Shown here: positions 27,383 to 40,221 of the stretch, piece by piece | Layout of the letters: each line of letters begins with the position of its first letter | Position numbering within the stretch: position 1 is the first letter of the stretch | NCBI GenBank assembly: GCA_964016885.1 | Contig: OZ024747.1 | Location: 77,314,001-77,378,000 of the forward strand | Length of the DNA: 64,000 bases | Direction: 5' to 3' | DNA from: Eledone cirrhosa | Lineage: Eukaryota | Position numbers and translations under genes: made by a program | The notes under the pieces: model-generated | The model's input: only the letters and a program-made list of their open reading frames with translations | What the model was told of the DNA's origin: nothing | Databases searched by the model: none

Positions 27383-27869
27383 AGTTTCTTTCATTCTTCT
27401 GGAAACTGAGTTTACGCTAATCATCTACAGCTGTCTTCTACAAATTATTCGATCTATGCCCAATAATAAACCAACAATGTTTATTTTTTGACAAAGCAGA
27501 AATAACATATTTTATTCAAGCATGATTTTCTGATAGTCATCTTTTCTAAATAGATTTTACTGATTTACTTAAATGAAATAATTTAATAACATCTCTGTCC
27601 CGGTTGTAATTCACAAGATAATGATGCTGTAGCTTCTTCTTCTTGTCTATGAAACTGTTGCTCTTCCAATCCCCCTCTCAATATCAATTACCACCAACCC
27701 CCCCCCCCTCTCTCTCTATATATACCTCCCATCTGTCTCTACATAACATGTACATAAATTGTAGAGCATATACAAATAGATGAGTGCTTTGGTAGTTTGG
27801 GGAGAAAATATAATTATTGGAGGGATCCATGCCCCCCCTCCATTAAATAGGGTTTTGATTATTGTAAAA

Positions 27870-28110
27870 TGTTATAAATTGGGGCTACAATATTTATTTT
27901 GATGATATATTTGTTGAAAGAAGACATTGAGCAACCGACCGTCCTTAGAATGAACGTGTCCTGGGGGTAGTCTACCAGTTCACATACTTCCATCATCACT
28001 GACAGTCTCTTATCACTCACACGAGGAGCTTCTACAGCTAAAGTATATGTTACTCTACAGCACACCGAAGTAAAACTTTTCACATCCATGAATTCACGAG
28101 ACTAATAAGA
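27870..28110 (-). mobile_element. Highly degraded PLE-type RT fragment
   Basis: DVKSFTSV resembles the PLE RT motif DVxSLFTSV. Confidence 0.4.
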
Positions 28111-28170
28111 ACCAACATTTTGTATCTGAGAACATGTATGTATATATGTCTGTTTGGGCGTTATTATACA

Positions 28171-28358
28171 GTGGATTGGCAGTATCGGTAGAGGGTCGGA
28201 CGCCATGTTTTGCAACATAGAGTTACGGCCCTTTATGATCTGAGTTCAAATCCCGCCGAGGTTAACTTTGCCTTTCATCCTTACGGGGTCGATAAAATAA
28301 AGTACCAGTAATACACTGGGATAATTGCTGGCCTTGTACCAAAAGTCGAAACAATTAT
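28171..28358 (+). mobile_element. tRNA-derived SINE with Meta-like core
   Basis: TGGCAGTATCGG and GAGTTCAAATCC boxes; near-identical to the 16687 copy. Confidence 0.85.
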
Positions 28359-28651
28359 ACAGTTGATATTATCACTTAGAAAGAGGGTGATGCTTGTTCT
28401 TTCTTAACTTTCATTTAACAACAGAGTTTCGCAATGCTAAATATTTACATACAAATCATTTACATAGAAAAGTATATAAAAAAACGTATATGCTATATAT
28501 ATATATATATATTTTCTTTTTTACAGAGTTCAAGATAAACCCATGCATACCAGTAACTGGATAGAATTTGAGAATATTTCTATATAAATATCTATGAATA
28601 TAAATTCTTGATACCTACGTTTTATGCGCAGAGTTCAAATATTCTACAAAA

Positions 28652-28881
28652 ATGCTTTGTCTTAACCAAGTACCATATCGTCTCAAATGCCAAGAAATGT
28701 TATTAGGATTGATCTTTTTGATGCTTTCACTTCATTTTGGTTTAATGAATCGAGCATCATCAGCATCTTCTTACAATTGTCCAAGAGTCTGCATATGTTC
28801 AAACAATATGACTGTAATCAACTGTAGCTCTGCCAACTTGACGTCAGTGCCGAAAGATATTCCGAAAACAGCGACGTATTT
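28652..28881 (+). CDS. LRR gene, first coding exon: signal peptide plus LRRNT
   Basis: MLLGLIFLMLSLHFGL..CPRVCICSNNMTVINCSSANLTSVPKDIPKTATYL; acceptor ttttttacag at 28526; donor TT|gtaagt, phase 2. Confidence 0.9.
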
Positions 28882-29019
28882 GTAAGTAAAAACATGCACC
28901 TTTACATATCTATATACAATGCTTATTATACATTTAAAGTATAGGCTTTGTGCTACACTAACTTTTCATGAAGTCTTCGTTGACTAATCCCGCACTCTTT
29001 ATTCAATGACAAGGGCTGT

Positions 29020-29184
29020 AACTTCATGCTTTGCAGCAAAGAGTTACGGCCCTTTATGGTCTGAGTTCAAATCCCGCCGAGCTTAACTTTGCCTGCCTTT
29101 CATCCTTACGGGGTCGATAAAATAAAGTACCAGTAATGCACTGGGATAATTGCTGGCCTTGTGCCAAAAGTAGAAACAATTATT
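29020..29184 (+). mobile_element. 5'-truncated SINE, same family
   Basis: GAGTTACGGCCCTTTATGGTCTGAGTTCAAATCCCGCCGAG...GTACCAGT. Confidence 0.85.
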
Positions 29185-29299
29185 AATATTACTTTTATAT
29201 TTTTTTTATAAGTCTGAAAAACAAGGAGTGACATGCTTCACTAGTGTTTTGTGCTCAGTGAAACGAAGTGTTCACAAATATGCCGAAGCGGATATGAAA

Positions 29300-29720
29300 A
29301 TATGACTTAGTAGATGTACAAAATTGTACTATTGTGGTAGTAGTAGATCAATTTTGTCTATGCTAATGTCAATCTCTTTGAGAGCTTGCTTGTTGATAAA
29401 ATATAACTGATGATAGAAAGTCAGTTTTGTGTACCAGTAGCTGACAAGCAAGTCTCTTCCTGGTGCTTTCTTATCCTGAAGTTTCCCTATCACAATCTCC
29501 TCTAAAGTATCATCATTGATGCTGTATGTTTTTGGTGTAATGCAGGGGAAATAGTTCATTCGGATCTCAACCACACTGCATCTTTGTTGAACTTCTTTTC
29601 CTTACTTCATATTTTTTCTCCAGAAAGAATCTGTCTTTCTGGGATGAGGCCTCAGTAACATTTATTGATTTGCCTCTCTCTATATATTCCTTCCCCATTC
29701 ATATTGAAATAAACAGTGCA
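29300..29720 (-). mobile_element. Degraded non-LTR RT fragment (R4/RTE-like)
   Basis: KLQDKKAPGRDLLVSYWYTKL resembles the KAPGxD motif preceding RT. Confidence 0.45.
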
Positions 29721-31128
29721 AAGTTACAAGCCATTTGTGGTTTTACAGTCCTGTTTGTTGTCCCTTAGTCAGAGAAGGAGATGCTGCACTCTTGGCACTT
29801 TTCAGAGCCTCATTTTCAAACCTGAAACCTGGCTCAAATGCTTTCAATAGAGTAGACTTTACTTAAGGCACATCAGTGCCTTGTTATGATGTTTAGTTAG
29901 ACCGTGGATTAGGCATACCACCCGAGAATAAAAATGGGCTTCCACGCAATTTCTGCCTATTGAATTTCATTCAAGAGTGGTTGACTTGGCGGCTATGGTA
30001 TAATTTGCGAAGATACTAAGTAGTTACCCACAGCGATACACATGCCAAGGTTAGTTGTTCCTTCTCTTTCGGTACCTGTTTGCAGTTAGATACAATGGCT
30101 ATGCCATTGTTCATTGCCACATGTTTTATCCATTTACATGAAGCAATATCAGTGTCAGGATATGAGTTGCTGGCTTTTCGGTTGATTCATTGCTCCTCCT
30201 CAAATGGTTCAATTATTTGTGTTGTCAAAGTTGCCTATAATATCAGCAAATAATTATAAAGGCATTGGATGACAAAAACCGTAGGATAGAATCATATGGC
30301 ATTTACTTGCATTTACTTTATGTTCTCTGATCGTTTGTGAATTTCCTTCATTTATGGTCGAAAAAATAAGTACGTTTTAAGTAGTAATATAAATTCCATC
30401 AACTTCATACCTCCTCCAGCGTCTGAGGTATTCTGTGAAATCATTTTATATCTACAAACAATATGTTTCCAGTTTGTCTCTGCAACAAATGTACGTCGCA
30501 TAGATTCCTTTTAAATAAACATAATGCCAAGTGTGAATTCATATATCATTGACTTGATACTGCTATTTCAGTGACATTAAATTCATCAATCATAAAAAAC
30601 CGACACCAATGTTTTATAAAGAACGGTAGTAATAAGACATAGTTTCTTTCTATTGTCTCCGTCATCTAGGCTGTCTTGAAGTTATGTAATATATTTAGGA
30701 CAGTTAGGTAACCAAAAATGTAAAACACTTGAATACAAAGATTTATGGACTAGCACACTAACTCTAATAGTCTCCTGTTTATATTATTGTGTCTAAAGCG
30801 TTTTAATTTGATTTAGTTTTGTTTTGTTTTTTGTTCTTTTTTTTCCACAAAATGATTTATAGGTGATTAAATCTGTTTCATGTGTTAGCTGTGCATTGGC
30901 AACAATAAGCACTGCATAAAGTATTTAGTCGACGGTTTCGCTCAAAATCCGTGTAATTTAAGATACAACCAACGAAAGAATCAGACTCAAACATAAAACG
31001 AAAATGTTTTTCTTTGTGACCTCAAAAATGAAAGTAACAGAAATAACTGAAATGGAATAACTGAAATAAAATTAAAATTAAAATCAAATACTATGTAATC
31101 ATTCATAATATACTTTTTTTATTATTCA

Positions 31129-33160
31129 CTAGCTGAATGATCGGGTGTTGCCCGGGTTACAGCTGCTCGTATTCAGATTAGTAAACAAGAAATACGAAGA
31201 TATATATTTTTTTTCTCGGTTGTTCGGGGAGAGTGGCGGGTCAGAGACAGCTTGCCGAGCATCTCGACGACCGACGCTGAGCGCTGTAAAAAGCCGATTA
31301 CTTCAGCCGAAATTCAGGACGCTCTTGTCGGCTGCACGAGGCGCAAGTCACCCGGTTTGGATGTTCTGCCCTTCGAGCTTTACGTAAATATGCCAGACTT
31401 GTTCTCCGATCTCCTCTAAGTGCTCTACTGCAACTGGCAGCAGAATGGGAGTATTCCCAGTTCCGTAAGCAGGGAAGTAGTGACGCTGATAAGGAAAGAC
31501 GAGAAAAAGAGGGATACATTAGACAACTTCAGGCCCATAACTCTGCTCAACACAGAGTTTAAGATTTTGGCCAAGGTGTTAGGATTTGGTTGGAGAGGCG
31601 CAAATCTGCGCAATCCCGACCAGGTCCATACATGTCAACCTCCACCTCATGCGATACATCATAGAGAGGGTAGGGTGTAAACCTGGCTTCGGTAGGGCAC
31701 TGATCAATTTAGATCAATCGAAAGCATTCGATAGGGTCCACCATCAGTATCTGGAGGCAGTCCTCAAGGCAGCTGGCTTCGGCCCAGTCTTCAGAAGCTG
31801 GATCCCAGCCGTTTCGGCTCTCCCAATCGGTCCGTCAAGGGTGCCCTCTCTCTCTTCCCTTTTGTACGTATTGACTCTCGAGCCTTTATTGCGGAAGCTG
31901 GAGCTGTTGCAGGGCATCCCGCTCGAACCGGGACGCGGAAAGGCTGTGTCGGCTTATGCGAACGACATCACCGTGATGGTGTCGGACACCTCGGAAATCG
32001 AGGTGGTCGGCACCTTATTGGAGGAATATAAAAGGTTGACAGGAGCGAAACTTAACCTGGAAAAGTCGGTGGGATTGCAGCTCGGCACGTGGAGAGGCAA
32101 GTCCATGCCATCCAATAGCATCGTGGGGCGCTGGACGGACAGACCGGTAAAGTTACTCGAGGTTTCGTTCCGATAAGAATTGGGACGAGGTAACGAGCAG
32201 AGTAGCCAGTCTCACCCTCAAATGAGCTGCGAGGAAGCTATCACTGAAAGGTCGCGCAGAGGTGGCGAATGCGTACATCGCGTCCGTAAACTACTACCGC
32301 CTTGCCCTCGTCCGCGCCTCGCCAAGTTGGAACGGCTCCTCTTCAAATTCTTTTGGAGGGGACAAGTCCCGTTGGTGAGGCGGTCCATCTGCTGCCAGCA
32401 CCCTCTACGCGGAGGACTGGTCATGCCGTGACTAATGCTGCGCATACATGTGCTGAGGCTGCGACATCTCCAGATATTCTGCCTAAACGGTGAACAGGTG
32501 TGGTCGCCGTTTATCAGACGAGCCTTTTCGCAGCTCGTCTCTTTGACTGAGCTGTAATCCTGGGACAAGAAACCAAGACTGGGTGATTGGCATCTGGAAT
32601 GTTGCCAGGTACTCACTGCTCTCTACCAGGCAGGAAATGCGATCAGTGGAACTTCCACTCTCGAGTACTATAGAGGATTAGAGGTGGGCAAGTGCGACGA
32701 CGCATTCAGGGATGCTCTGGGCTTCGACGAAGTCGAACTGACCATTCTATTCCGAATTTGAGGTGGAGAGGGGTGTCCTTCCCGGGTGTTCTCGAAGAGT
32801 CATTTCTCAGTCTTGGCGCAAAATTAATTTTTTACATTCACATGACCTCTACCGACCAATCAAAATTGTTTTGACCACAAGAATTTTTGCAACATGAATT
32901 GGCGTAAAAACCTATTTTAATACCGCTGGAGCCACTTTTTTAACATAAAAACAGGTAGAATTCCCAAAACTAATCAGATCAGAGCAAACATCACGGACGC
33001 TCTATCTCAAAATTATTTTTGAAAAGCATTTAGAAATGCGCAACCGGTAGAACTTAAAACCAAAACTGAATACTAACCAATACAATTACTAATTCTCACT
33101 TATTCCTAATTAAACTATTTTTCACTGTGAACAATTTGTCAGCATTTTCTATTCCGTTTA

Positions 33161-33165
<5 letters not shown>
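31129..33165 (-). mobile_element. Probable non-autonomous Helitron interrupted by a Tx1 fragment
   Basis: CTAG at 31129-31132 with the subterminal hairpin CGGGTGTTGCCCG about 10 nt inside; far end uncertain. Confidence 0.4.
31215..32745 (+). mobile_element. Degraded internal Tx1 ORF2 (RT) fragment, copy C
   Basis: CNWQQNG..FRPITLLNTEFKILAKVL, DQSKAFDRV, AYAND; many stops and indels; collinear with copies A and B. Confidence 0.9.
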
Positions 33166-33237
<72 letters not shown>

Positions 33238-33267
33238 ATTTATTAAAATAACAGATTATATATATAT

Positions 33268-33412
33268 TATAATATTTATTAAAATAACAGATTAAAGTTT
33301 AAGCAAAGAATCGCTGCTTTCACCGTTAACGGGATCATCAGAAGATCCCGTTAACGGTGAAAGCAGCGATTCTTTGCTTAAACTTTAATCTGTTGTTTTA
33401 ATAAATATTATA
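33268..33412. repeat. Fold-back with an HHR-like core at its centre
   Basis: Arms 33268-33336 and 33344-33412; minus strand reads CTGATGA-tcccgttaacggt-GAAA-GCA..TGC-TT. Confidence 0.7.
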
Positions 33413-33516
33413 TTTGCTCTATGGTTCTTATATATTTGATATATATTTATCCTTAACGAGCCGACTTTGGTTTTTAGTCTTCGCATTTATTATTATTACT
33501 ATATACATATAATATA

Positions 33517-33609
<93 letters not shown>

Positions 33610-33611
33610 AA

Positions 33612-33649
<38 letters not shown>

Positions 33650-33653
33650 AATT

Positions 33654-34404
33654 GTGAGTTGGAATTTGGCCGGAGTATCGCTAAAAAGCTTTCTCCGATA
33701 TTGTATTTATTTATTTACTCTTGGCGCAACAGTTTTGAATTTCCCGGTATAAGGTTAGGCTTTCTTTGTTTATTTTTTTATATATGAATATTGATTGTTC
33801 CTTATATCTCATTCTGTTATTTTGCCTGAGAAAATATCTGTGTGTGTCATCAAATGTTGTACACACATAGATATTTTTTCAATTTTCAATTGAGTTCTAG
33901 CACGTGGCCTGAATTCCTTTTAGAGTTCATTGTCCTGCGCATGTATTGTTTTTTTTTGCGGTAATTTACTTCCTCATTTTTTAATCAGTTTGAGCATTTC
34001 TTTAGAACTGCTGGACTAGCAACCTGACAGATACCTCAGGCACTGATGATGATTATCGCTAAATACTGATGTTGGTTAGATTATCAATATTAGTATTATT
34101 GGGGCACCCACTGATGAATTATAGGAGCCCACTTGAATATATATCTATTGATGGTATACAAGCTCCTACATAAATTGGTATAATTTCACCCAAATTGTAG
34201 GAATCCTATAATGAAACGAGACGTCCGTCTGGGAAGAGATATATTCGATATGTCTCATATGAAATAATACAGCCAATTTTCCACGCAATACTTTTAGTTA
34301 GCACCCCGAACGCATAATTAGGAATATAATCACTTATTTCCTAATGTTTGTTGAGTGAGTTGGAATTTGGCCGGAGTATCGCTAAAAAGCTTTCTCCGAT
34401 ATTG

Positions 34405-34411
<7 letters not shown>
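33654..34411 (+). mobile_element. Non-coding HHR element with 57-bp terminal direct repeats (retrozyme/pLTR-like)
   Basis: GTGAGTTGGAATTTGGCCGGAGTATCGCTAAAAAGCTTTCTCCGATATTGTATTTAT at 33654 and 34355; (TA)n on both sides. Confidence 0.75.
34107..34233 (+). ncRNA. Type I hammerhead ribozyme with long stem II
   Basis: CCCA-CTGATGA-ATTATAGGA...TCCTATAAT-GAAA-CGagacgtcCG-TC-TGGG. Confidence 0.75.
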
Positions 34412-34484
<73 letters not shown>

Positions 34485-34709
34485 TGGCAGTGTTGGTGTG
34501 GATATATATAAATATAGAATCAGCAGAATATACAGTTCATACCATGAACAGACAAATGCATCGTAGCCTCATCAGTCACTTTGCTGGAAGTGGAGTTTCG
34601 TGAAATTCAAAATCGATTGTCCATCTAATTCTATTTGTATTTATCGCCTTTTGTCGATTTTTTATCGTATCACATGTATTTCACCACTAGAACGCCAATG
34701 CTAGAAAGA

Positions 34710-34778
34710 ATCTCTCTCTCTCTCACTCTCTCTCTCTCTATCTCACTCTCTCTCTCTCTCTCTCTCTCACTCACTCAC

Positions 34779-34852
<74 letters not shown>

Positions 34853-34885
34853 CCCCATTCTCACTCTTTCTCTCTCTCTCTCCCA
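34710..34885. repeat. (TC)n microsatellite
   Basis: Direct inspection. Confidence 0.95.
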
Positions 34886-34945
34886 ACAACTGTGCAGGAG
34901 TTTGTATGTATACATAATGGAAATTCTCATAATCTTGTTTTTCAG

Positions 34946-35017
34946 AAATCTTCGTAACATGCAAATACGGACTATCACTGTTAATGACTTTTCTGATCTA
35001 CGAGAACTGAGACAACT
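34946..35017 (+). CDS. LRR gene exon 2 (72 bp, one LRR)
   Basis: ttttcag|...|gtaagt, phase 2-2; (L)NLRNMQIRTITVNDFSDLRELRQ(L). Confidence 0.9.
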
Positions 35018-36233
35018 GTAAGTTTACGTTTCATTTCATTAATATCTTTATTCTAGAGATTTTCAGTATATATAAATATATGTGTATATATAGATGATGA
35101 TGGCTGCAACTCAATTTTGAGTAATGCTATCGCTTGATACTTAAGCACGTGTAGCACAGATGTGGCTTTTTAGCCCTGCTAGAGACCTGCCAACCATGCC
35201 ACGCACCGCAAAAGATGTCACATATCAAGTGATACCTGACGTTACCCACTCTCTAACCATCGAATACATTTACCCTAAAAAGTAGAAATGGTCTACACTA
35301 TTGGATGCAAACGAAGTACAGGTTTTATATGAGGGTGACCTTCTCCTAGAGAGATGTCTTAATGAAGTTTAGAGGTGTCTCAGTCCATTGCTACCTCTAA
35401 ATAAAAATAGCTATATGTGTGTAAACACACATGCACACTACATTCAGGTATCTGTGACAAGTTTCATTAACTATAGCTGTGAGTTAACACATGACTTGTG
35501 GCAGAAATTGAAATGACGAAGATAAACTGTACCTGTAATTAAAAGGGATATCCTTCTCATAGTGTCCCGCTAAATCCCCTGAGAATTACGTTAAGTGTAC
35601 ATCTGTCTGTGGATTGCTCAGCCACTTACACGTTAATTTCATGAGCAATCTGTTTATCTACTCACTCCAATTAGCTGACCATGATGCAATAAGCAAAAGC
35701 ACTCGATGTTATGCTTATCATTCATCAAAGATGTGGTATCTCGTGGTTGGTGCAGGAACGGAGTTAAATACTTCAATGAAAATAGAAGGTTGGATTCCAA
35801 TATATTCCTTTAATGTTTCGCAATTACACAGTACGTATTTCTATGGTCGGCTTACGCCATCATACCTGGAGGCAAGATAACCGGTGACGTCTTTAGATGT
35901 AATGAACATAAAGGATTTAAAAGATTTAGTTCCGTAATCCCTACTGGGGTTACAAACAAAGAATTGATACGGAGACCGCCCGTCGTAGTGATCGTATCGC
36001 TGGTCGATTTTTATGTCAATAGGTAGACTTGAGATGTCCCCTATCCTGTGAAAGGTAGGAATTGAATTTCAGTTATATCCTGCTTCAATTTAATGTTGTT
36101 TTTTATTCCTCTGAAGGTAGATATTTATTTAATCATATTGCAAATTGAATCTCTATATCGTTTTGTATGTAAAGACACACACACACACACGCATATATAT
36201 ATATAATATAAATCTGAGTTTTTCGAATATTAA

Positions 36234-36326
36234 TAATTGTTTCTACTTTAGGCACAAGGCCAGCAATTACCCAGTGCATTACTGGTACTTTATTTTATCG
36301 ACCCCGTAAGGATGAAAGGCAAAGTC
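36234..36326 (-). mobile_element. SINE 3' half, same family
   Basis: Reverse complement of CTTTGCCTTTCATCCTTACGGGGTCGATAAAATAAAGTACCAGT. Confidence 0.8.
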
Positions 36327-36406
36327 ATCATGCAAACATCTTCTTTAAGCCACGTGAATAGAATTACTCCGTCATTCTTGCTCTTGTTTTGACATATAAA
36401 GAGAAC

Positions 36407-36448
36407 GGCAAACACTAATGTTTCTGGGTATTACCCTTCATCAGTACC
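36407..36448 (-). ncRNA. Type I hammerhead ribozyme
   Basis: GGTA-CTGATGA-aGGGTaatACCCa-GAAA-CATTAGTG-TT-TGCC. Confidence 0.7.
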
Positions 36449-36701
36449 TTATACTGCCTACCTGGCAACTGTTAGAGCTAGTGAAAATATATGATATTGT
36501 CTGGAATATACAGTGACTGATCGGCCTGATCAAAACTGACTGGCGTATCTGCTGATATGCAAATATGGCTGATTAGTGGATCGGCTAATATGCAGATCTG
36601 ACTAATCGGTCAGTCTGCTAATATGCAAATCAGGCCGATCACTCACAGTATATTCCAGACAATATCATATTTTTTCACTAGTTGACAGGTAGGCAGTATA
36701 A

Positions 36702-36744
36702 GGTACTGATGAAGGGTAATCACCCAGAAACATTAGTGTCTACC
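36702..36744 (+). ncRNA. Type I hammerhead ribozyme
   Basis: GGTA-CTGATGA-aGGGTaatcACCCa-GAAA-CATTAGTG-TC-TACC. Confidence 0.8.
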
Positions 36745-36907
36745 GTTCTCTTTATATGTCAACACAAGAGCAAGAATGACGGAGTCATTCTACTCACATG
36801 GCTTAAAGAAGATGTTTACATAATTGCAAACGAATAGAATATTATTATTAATATTCGAAAAACTCAGATTTACATTTTACGATTTCAGCCATGTAGAGCG
36901 ATAACAC

Positions 36908-36914
<7 letters not shown>

Positions 36915-36939
<25 letters not shown>

Positions 36940-37142
36940 TACTAAAAGTCTGTGATTGCTTGCCTGCCTGTCTGTCTGTAATGTAATACAGCCAAAAGGG
37001 CGCATAATGGGAAAATACTTTGAAAGGAAGTTGACCCTGAAATGGGGATACAAATGGAATAAAATAAGTTTCGCCTAAATCGAAGCACCGGTTCCCGAGA
37101 TGTGAGGTTTTCTGGGTACCTTCATAAACAGAGAGAGAGAGA

Positions 37143-37233
<91 letters not shown>

Positions 37234-37317
37234 AAGGATAGAGAGAAAGAGGCAGTGGTTGTGAGAGAATAGATTGAAAGAGAGTCATAGAGAGAGGGGG
37301 AGGAGACAGAGAAGGAG

Positions 37318-37351
<34 letters not shown>

Positions 37352-37364
37352 CTAGTGGTGTTGT

Positions 37365-37399
<35 letters not shown>

Positions 37400-37499
37400 T
37401 CATTAGTTAAGCAAAACAAGACCACAAATTTCACAAGTAAGACATTATTAAAAGATTGTCAACATATTTAGTTTGATGTAAGGAATGTATATATATATG

Positions 37500-37554
<55 letters not shown>

Positions 37555-37815
37555 GTGTGTGTCTATGACCAGTATACATAGATCACAGACAACCACATAT
37601 ATATATACATACACACATACATATATATATGTACACACACACACACATTTATATATATACATACACACACGTATATATATGGACCTTCCAGTTTCATTTC
37701 ACATTATATACAGGTCTGTATATATTTTAATTATTTAAAAATTATTTTTAAGTGAACATGAGTTTTAAAAAATATTTTGAAGTGAACATGACCCATTGGG
37801 TCACGGGTGGTCTAG
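36915..37815 (+). mobile_element. Non-autonomous Helitron-like element, copy 1
   Basis: 5' (TA)n-AAAAGTCTGTG..(CTGT)n; 3' hairpin TGACCCA-T-TGGGTCA, then CTAG|T; carries (GA)n and (TG)n. Confidence 0.7.
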
Positions 37816-37844
37816 TATATAATAAAAGTAACGAAGATCGCTGG

Positions 37845-37911
<67 letters not shown>

Positions 37912-37958
37912 AATGAATAATAACAGGTAGACATCATAAAAAGGTAATTTATTCCGTG

Positions 37959-38070
37959 TGCTTACAAGTGTTTCCACGGTGGTACTGCAGCCTAGTTATG
38001 CTATGTGCAAATTCACAAGTACTTGCAGAACTCAAATATCCAATGCTGTGACCACTATTTCCTCAGAGCA
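37959..38070 (-). ncRNA. Hammerhead ribozyme (inverted copy of 39762-39873)
   Basis: Reverse complement of the 39762 motif. Confidence 0.6.
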
Positions 38071-38493
38071 GAATGGTAAAATGTACAATGTAAATACCCT
38101 TAAGTGGGGTTGTTGGGGAAGATAGAGTAGAAAAGGAAGAGAGAAAAGTAGGGAAGAGGGAGAGAGAAAGAAAGATATGCAGGGGTTGGAGAAATAGGAG
38201 AGAGTGGCTTGTAGATATCTTAATCAAAATGTTATGGTAGGGGTTTTATTATACTGGTTACTTTTGGAGAGATGCGTTGATAGTTAAGGTCGGAATTATT
38301 TATTGCCCCAGAGGGCAGGTTCATAGATGTTGAGAGGGAGGTAGGCCAAAGGAGAGAGAGAGTGTGTAATGGATGCAGAGAGAGAGAGGTAGAGAGGGGA
38401 CAGACGAAGTTTGTGTGGTGAGTGAACTTTGTACTAATCGAGGCATTAAAAATAGGATTGTACCAGATATACTTTCTACAACGTGATTTATTT

Positions 38494-39270
38494 AGAAAGT
38501 ATATCTGGTACAATCCTATTTTTAATGCCTCGATTAGTACAAAACTATCTCTTTCATTCTTTAAGTTAATCAACAAACACTTCCCTAGTTCCCATAAATA
38601 CAGCAAAATTCTGAACTCTAAAACTATTAGACTATCATACTCCACGGCACCAAACTTTGAAGCATACATAAAAAAACTTAACTTAAGGCAATTAAATAAC
38701 TCTACAAAACAAAACATTTTAGTAACAGATGGGGAGAACGCAATATCTGCCTCCCAACCACTAAATGGGAGACGGGTATTACACAACCCACCTGTACCGC
38801 TATCACAACCTATCCATGGTATACCCGCTACCCACAACAAAGAATGTAACTGCCATCTACCTGAAAGATGTCCATTGAAGAATGAATGCCTAAAGTCCAA
38901 CATTGTTTACCAATGCACGGTTGAATCGGACGACCAGAAATGGTATTATATCGGATCTACCACCACATCGTTTAAATCTCGCTGGTACCGTCATCGATTC
39001 TCAATCAAACATCCGAATCACCGTTTTGTGACCACGCTCGCCAACAAGACCTGGCAACTCCGTGAACACAACCAACAGTTCACCTTAAAATGGGATATAC
39101 TTTCCAACGCAAGTGCATATCGGAGTGGATTGAAGTACTGCAGGTTATGTAACCTTGAGCTCTTTTACATATTAAAATCCAAAAACAAACTACTTAACGA
39201 TAGAATTGAACGATCATTATACTGCAACCACAAACTAAAAGCTAAATTCTCTCACTATAAAATAACTTAA
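38494..39270 (+). CDS. PLE GIY-YIG endonuclease C-terminal region, open frame
   Basis: WYNP.F, IRLSYST, CNCHLPERCPLKNEC, NIVY..YYIG, FKSRWYRH, CRLC, CNH. Confidence 0.85.
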   Translation, partial: RKYIWYNPIFNASISTKLSLSFFKLINKHFPSSHKYSKILNSKTIRLSYSTAPNFEAYIKKLNLRQLNNSTKQNILVTDGENAISASQPLNGRRVLHNPPVPLSQPIHGIPATHNKECNCHLPERCPLKNECLKSNIVYQCTVESDDQKWYYIGSTTTSFKSRWYRHRFSIKHPNHRFVTTLANKTWQLREHNQQFTLKWDILSNASAYRSGLKYCRLCNLELFYILKSKNKLLNDRIERSLYCNHKLKAKFSHYKIT

Positions 39271-39761
39271 CACTCGAACCCGTAACTATAACACCGCTTT
39301 CTAGCTAACAACCTTCTCTTCCCCCCACACTACAAGACAATACACTGCTTATCACTATACATGGTAACTCAGTGCAATTCCTAGATTACTACTACAAACC
39401 CAAAGTTCACTCACTACACAAACTTCGTCTGTCCCCTCTCTACCTATCTCTCTCTACATCCATTACACTCTCTCTCTCGCCTTTGGCCTACCTCCCTCTC
39501 AACATCTATGAACCTGCCCTCTGGGGCAATAAATAATTCCGACCTTAACTATCAACGCATCTCTCCAAAAGTAACCAGTATAATAAAACCCCTACCATAA
39601 CATTTTGATTAAGATATCTACAAGCCACTCTCTCCTATTTCTCCAACCCCTGCATATCTTTCTTTCTCTCTCCCTCTTCCCTACTTTTCTCTCTTCCTTT
39701 TCTACTCTATCTTCCCCAACAACACCACTTAAGGGTATTTACATTGTACATTTTACCATTC

Positions 39762-39873
39762 TGCTCTGAGGAAACAGTGGTCACAGCATTGGATATTTGA
39801 GTTCTGCAAGTACTTGTGAATTTGCACATAGCATAACTAGGCTGCAGTACCACCGTGGAAACACTTGTAAGCA
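39762..39873 (+). ncRNA. Type I hammerhead ribozyme with CUGAGGA core and long stem II
   Basis: TGCT-CTGAGGA-[gtggtcacagc...gctgcagtaccac]-GAAA-CACTTG-TA-AGCA. Confidence 0.65.
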
Positions 39874-40221
39874 CACGGAATAAATTACCTTTTTATGATG
39901 TCTACCTGTTATTATTCATTCTTTATATACAATCCGGAATACAGAAGGATCAGGAACTAAGTTTCTTCAACAATTCTTCCATAACTCGTAGAGTAACCTC
40001 TTACCGTACGTCAACCATATCCAGTGTAGTAATTAACCATTACTACATCTTGGATAATCCTATACCTAATATATATATATATATATATATGTAAAGTTAT
40101 ATTTAAAATTGTTGGGTTACAACTAGTAAATATTTATAACTGATATAAAAGCACTCGACAAATATTTGGAGTATATTTACAATATTAAATAAATGGAAAA
40201 CTATATTTATAAAACCATATT

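Larger units (their letters stand above)
36210..36873. mobile_element. Palindromic non-coding element with two inverted HHRs; SINE fragment in the left arm
   Basis: Arms about 36330-36530 vs 36630-36825, plus outer AAATCTGAGTTTTTCGAATATTAATAAT vs ATTATTAATATTCGAAAAACTCAGATTT. Confidence 0.75.
37903..39929 (+). mobile_element. 5'-truncated PLE (Naiad-like) with about 530-bp inverted pLTRs
   Basis: Arms 37903-38431 and 39401-39929; GIY-YIG ORF between them; extra short inversion 38427-38480 vs 38492-38543. Confidence 0.9.
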
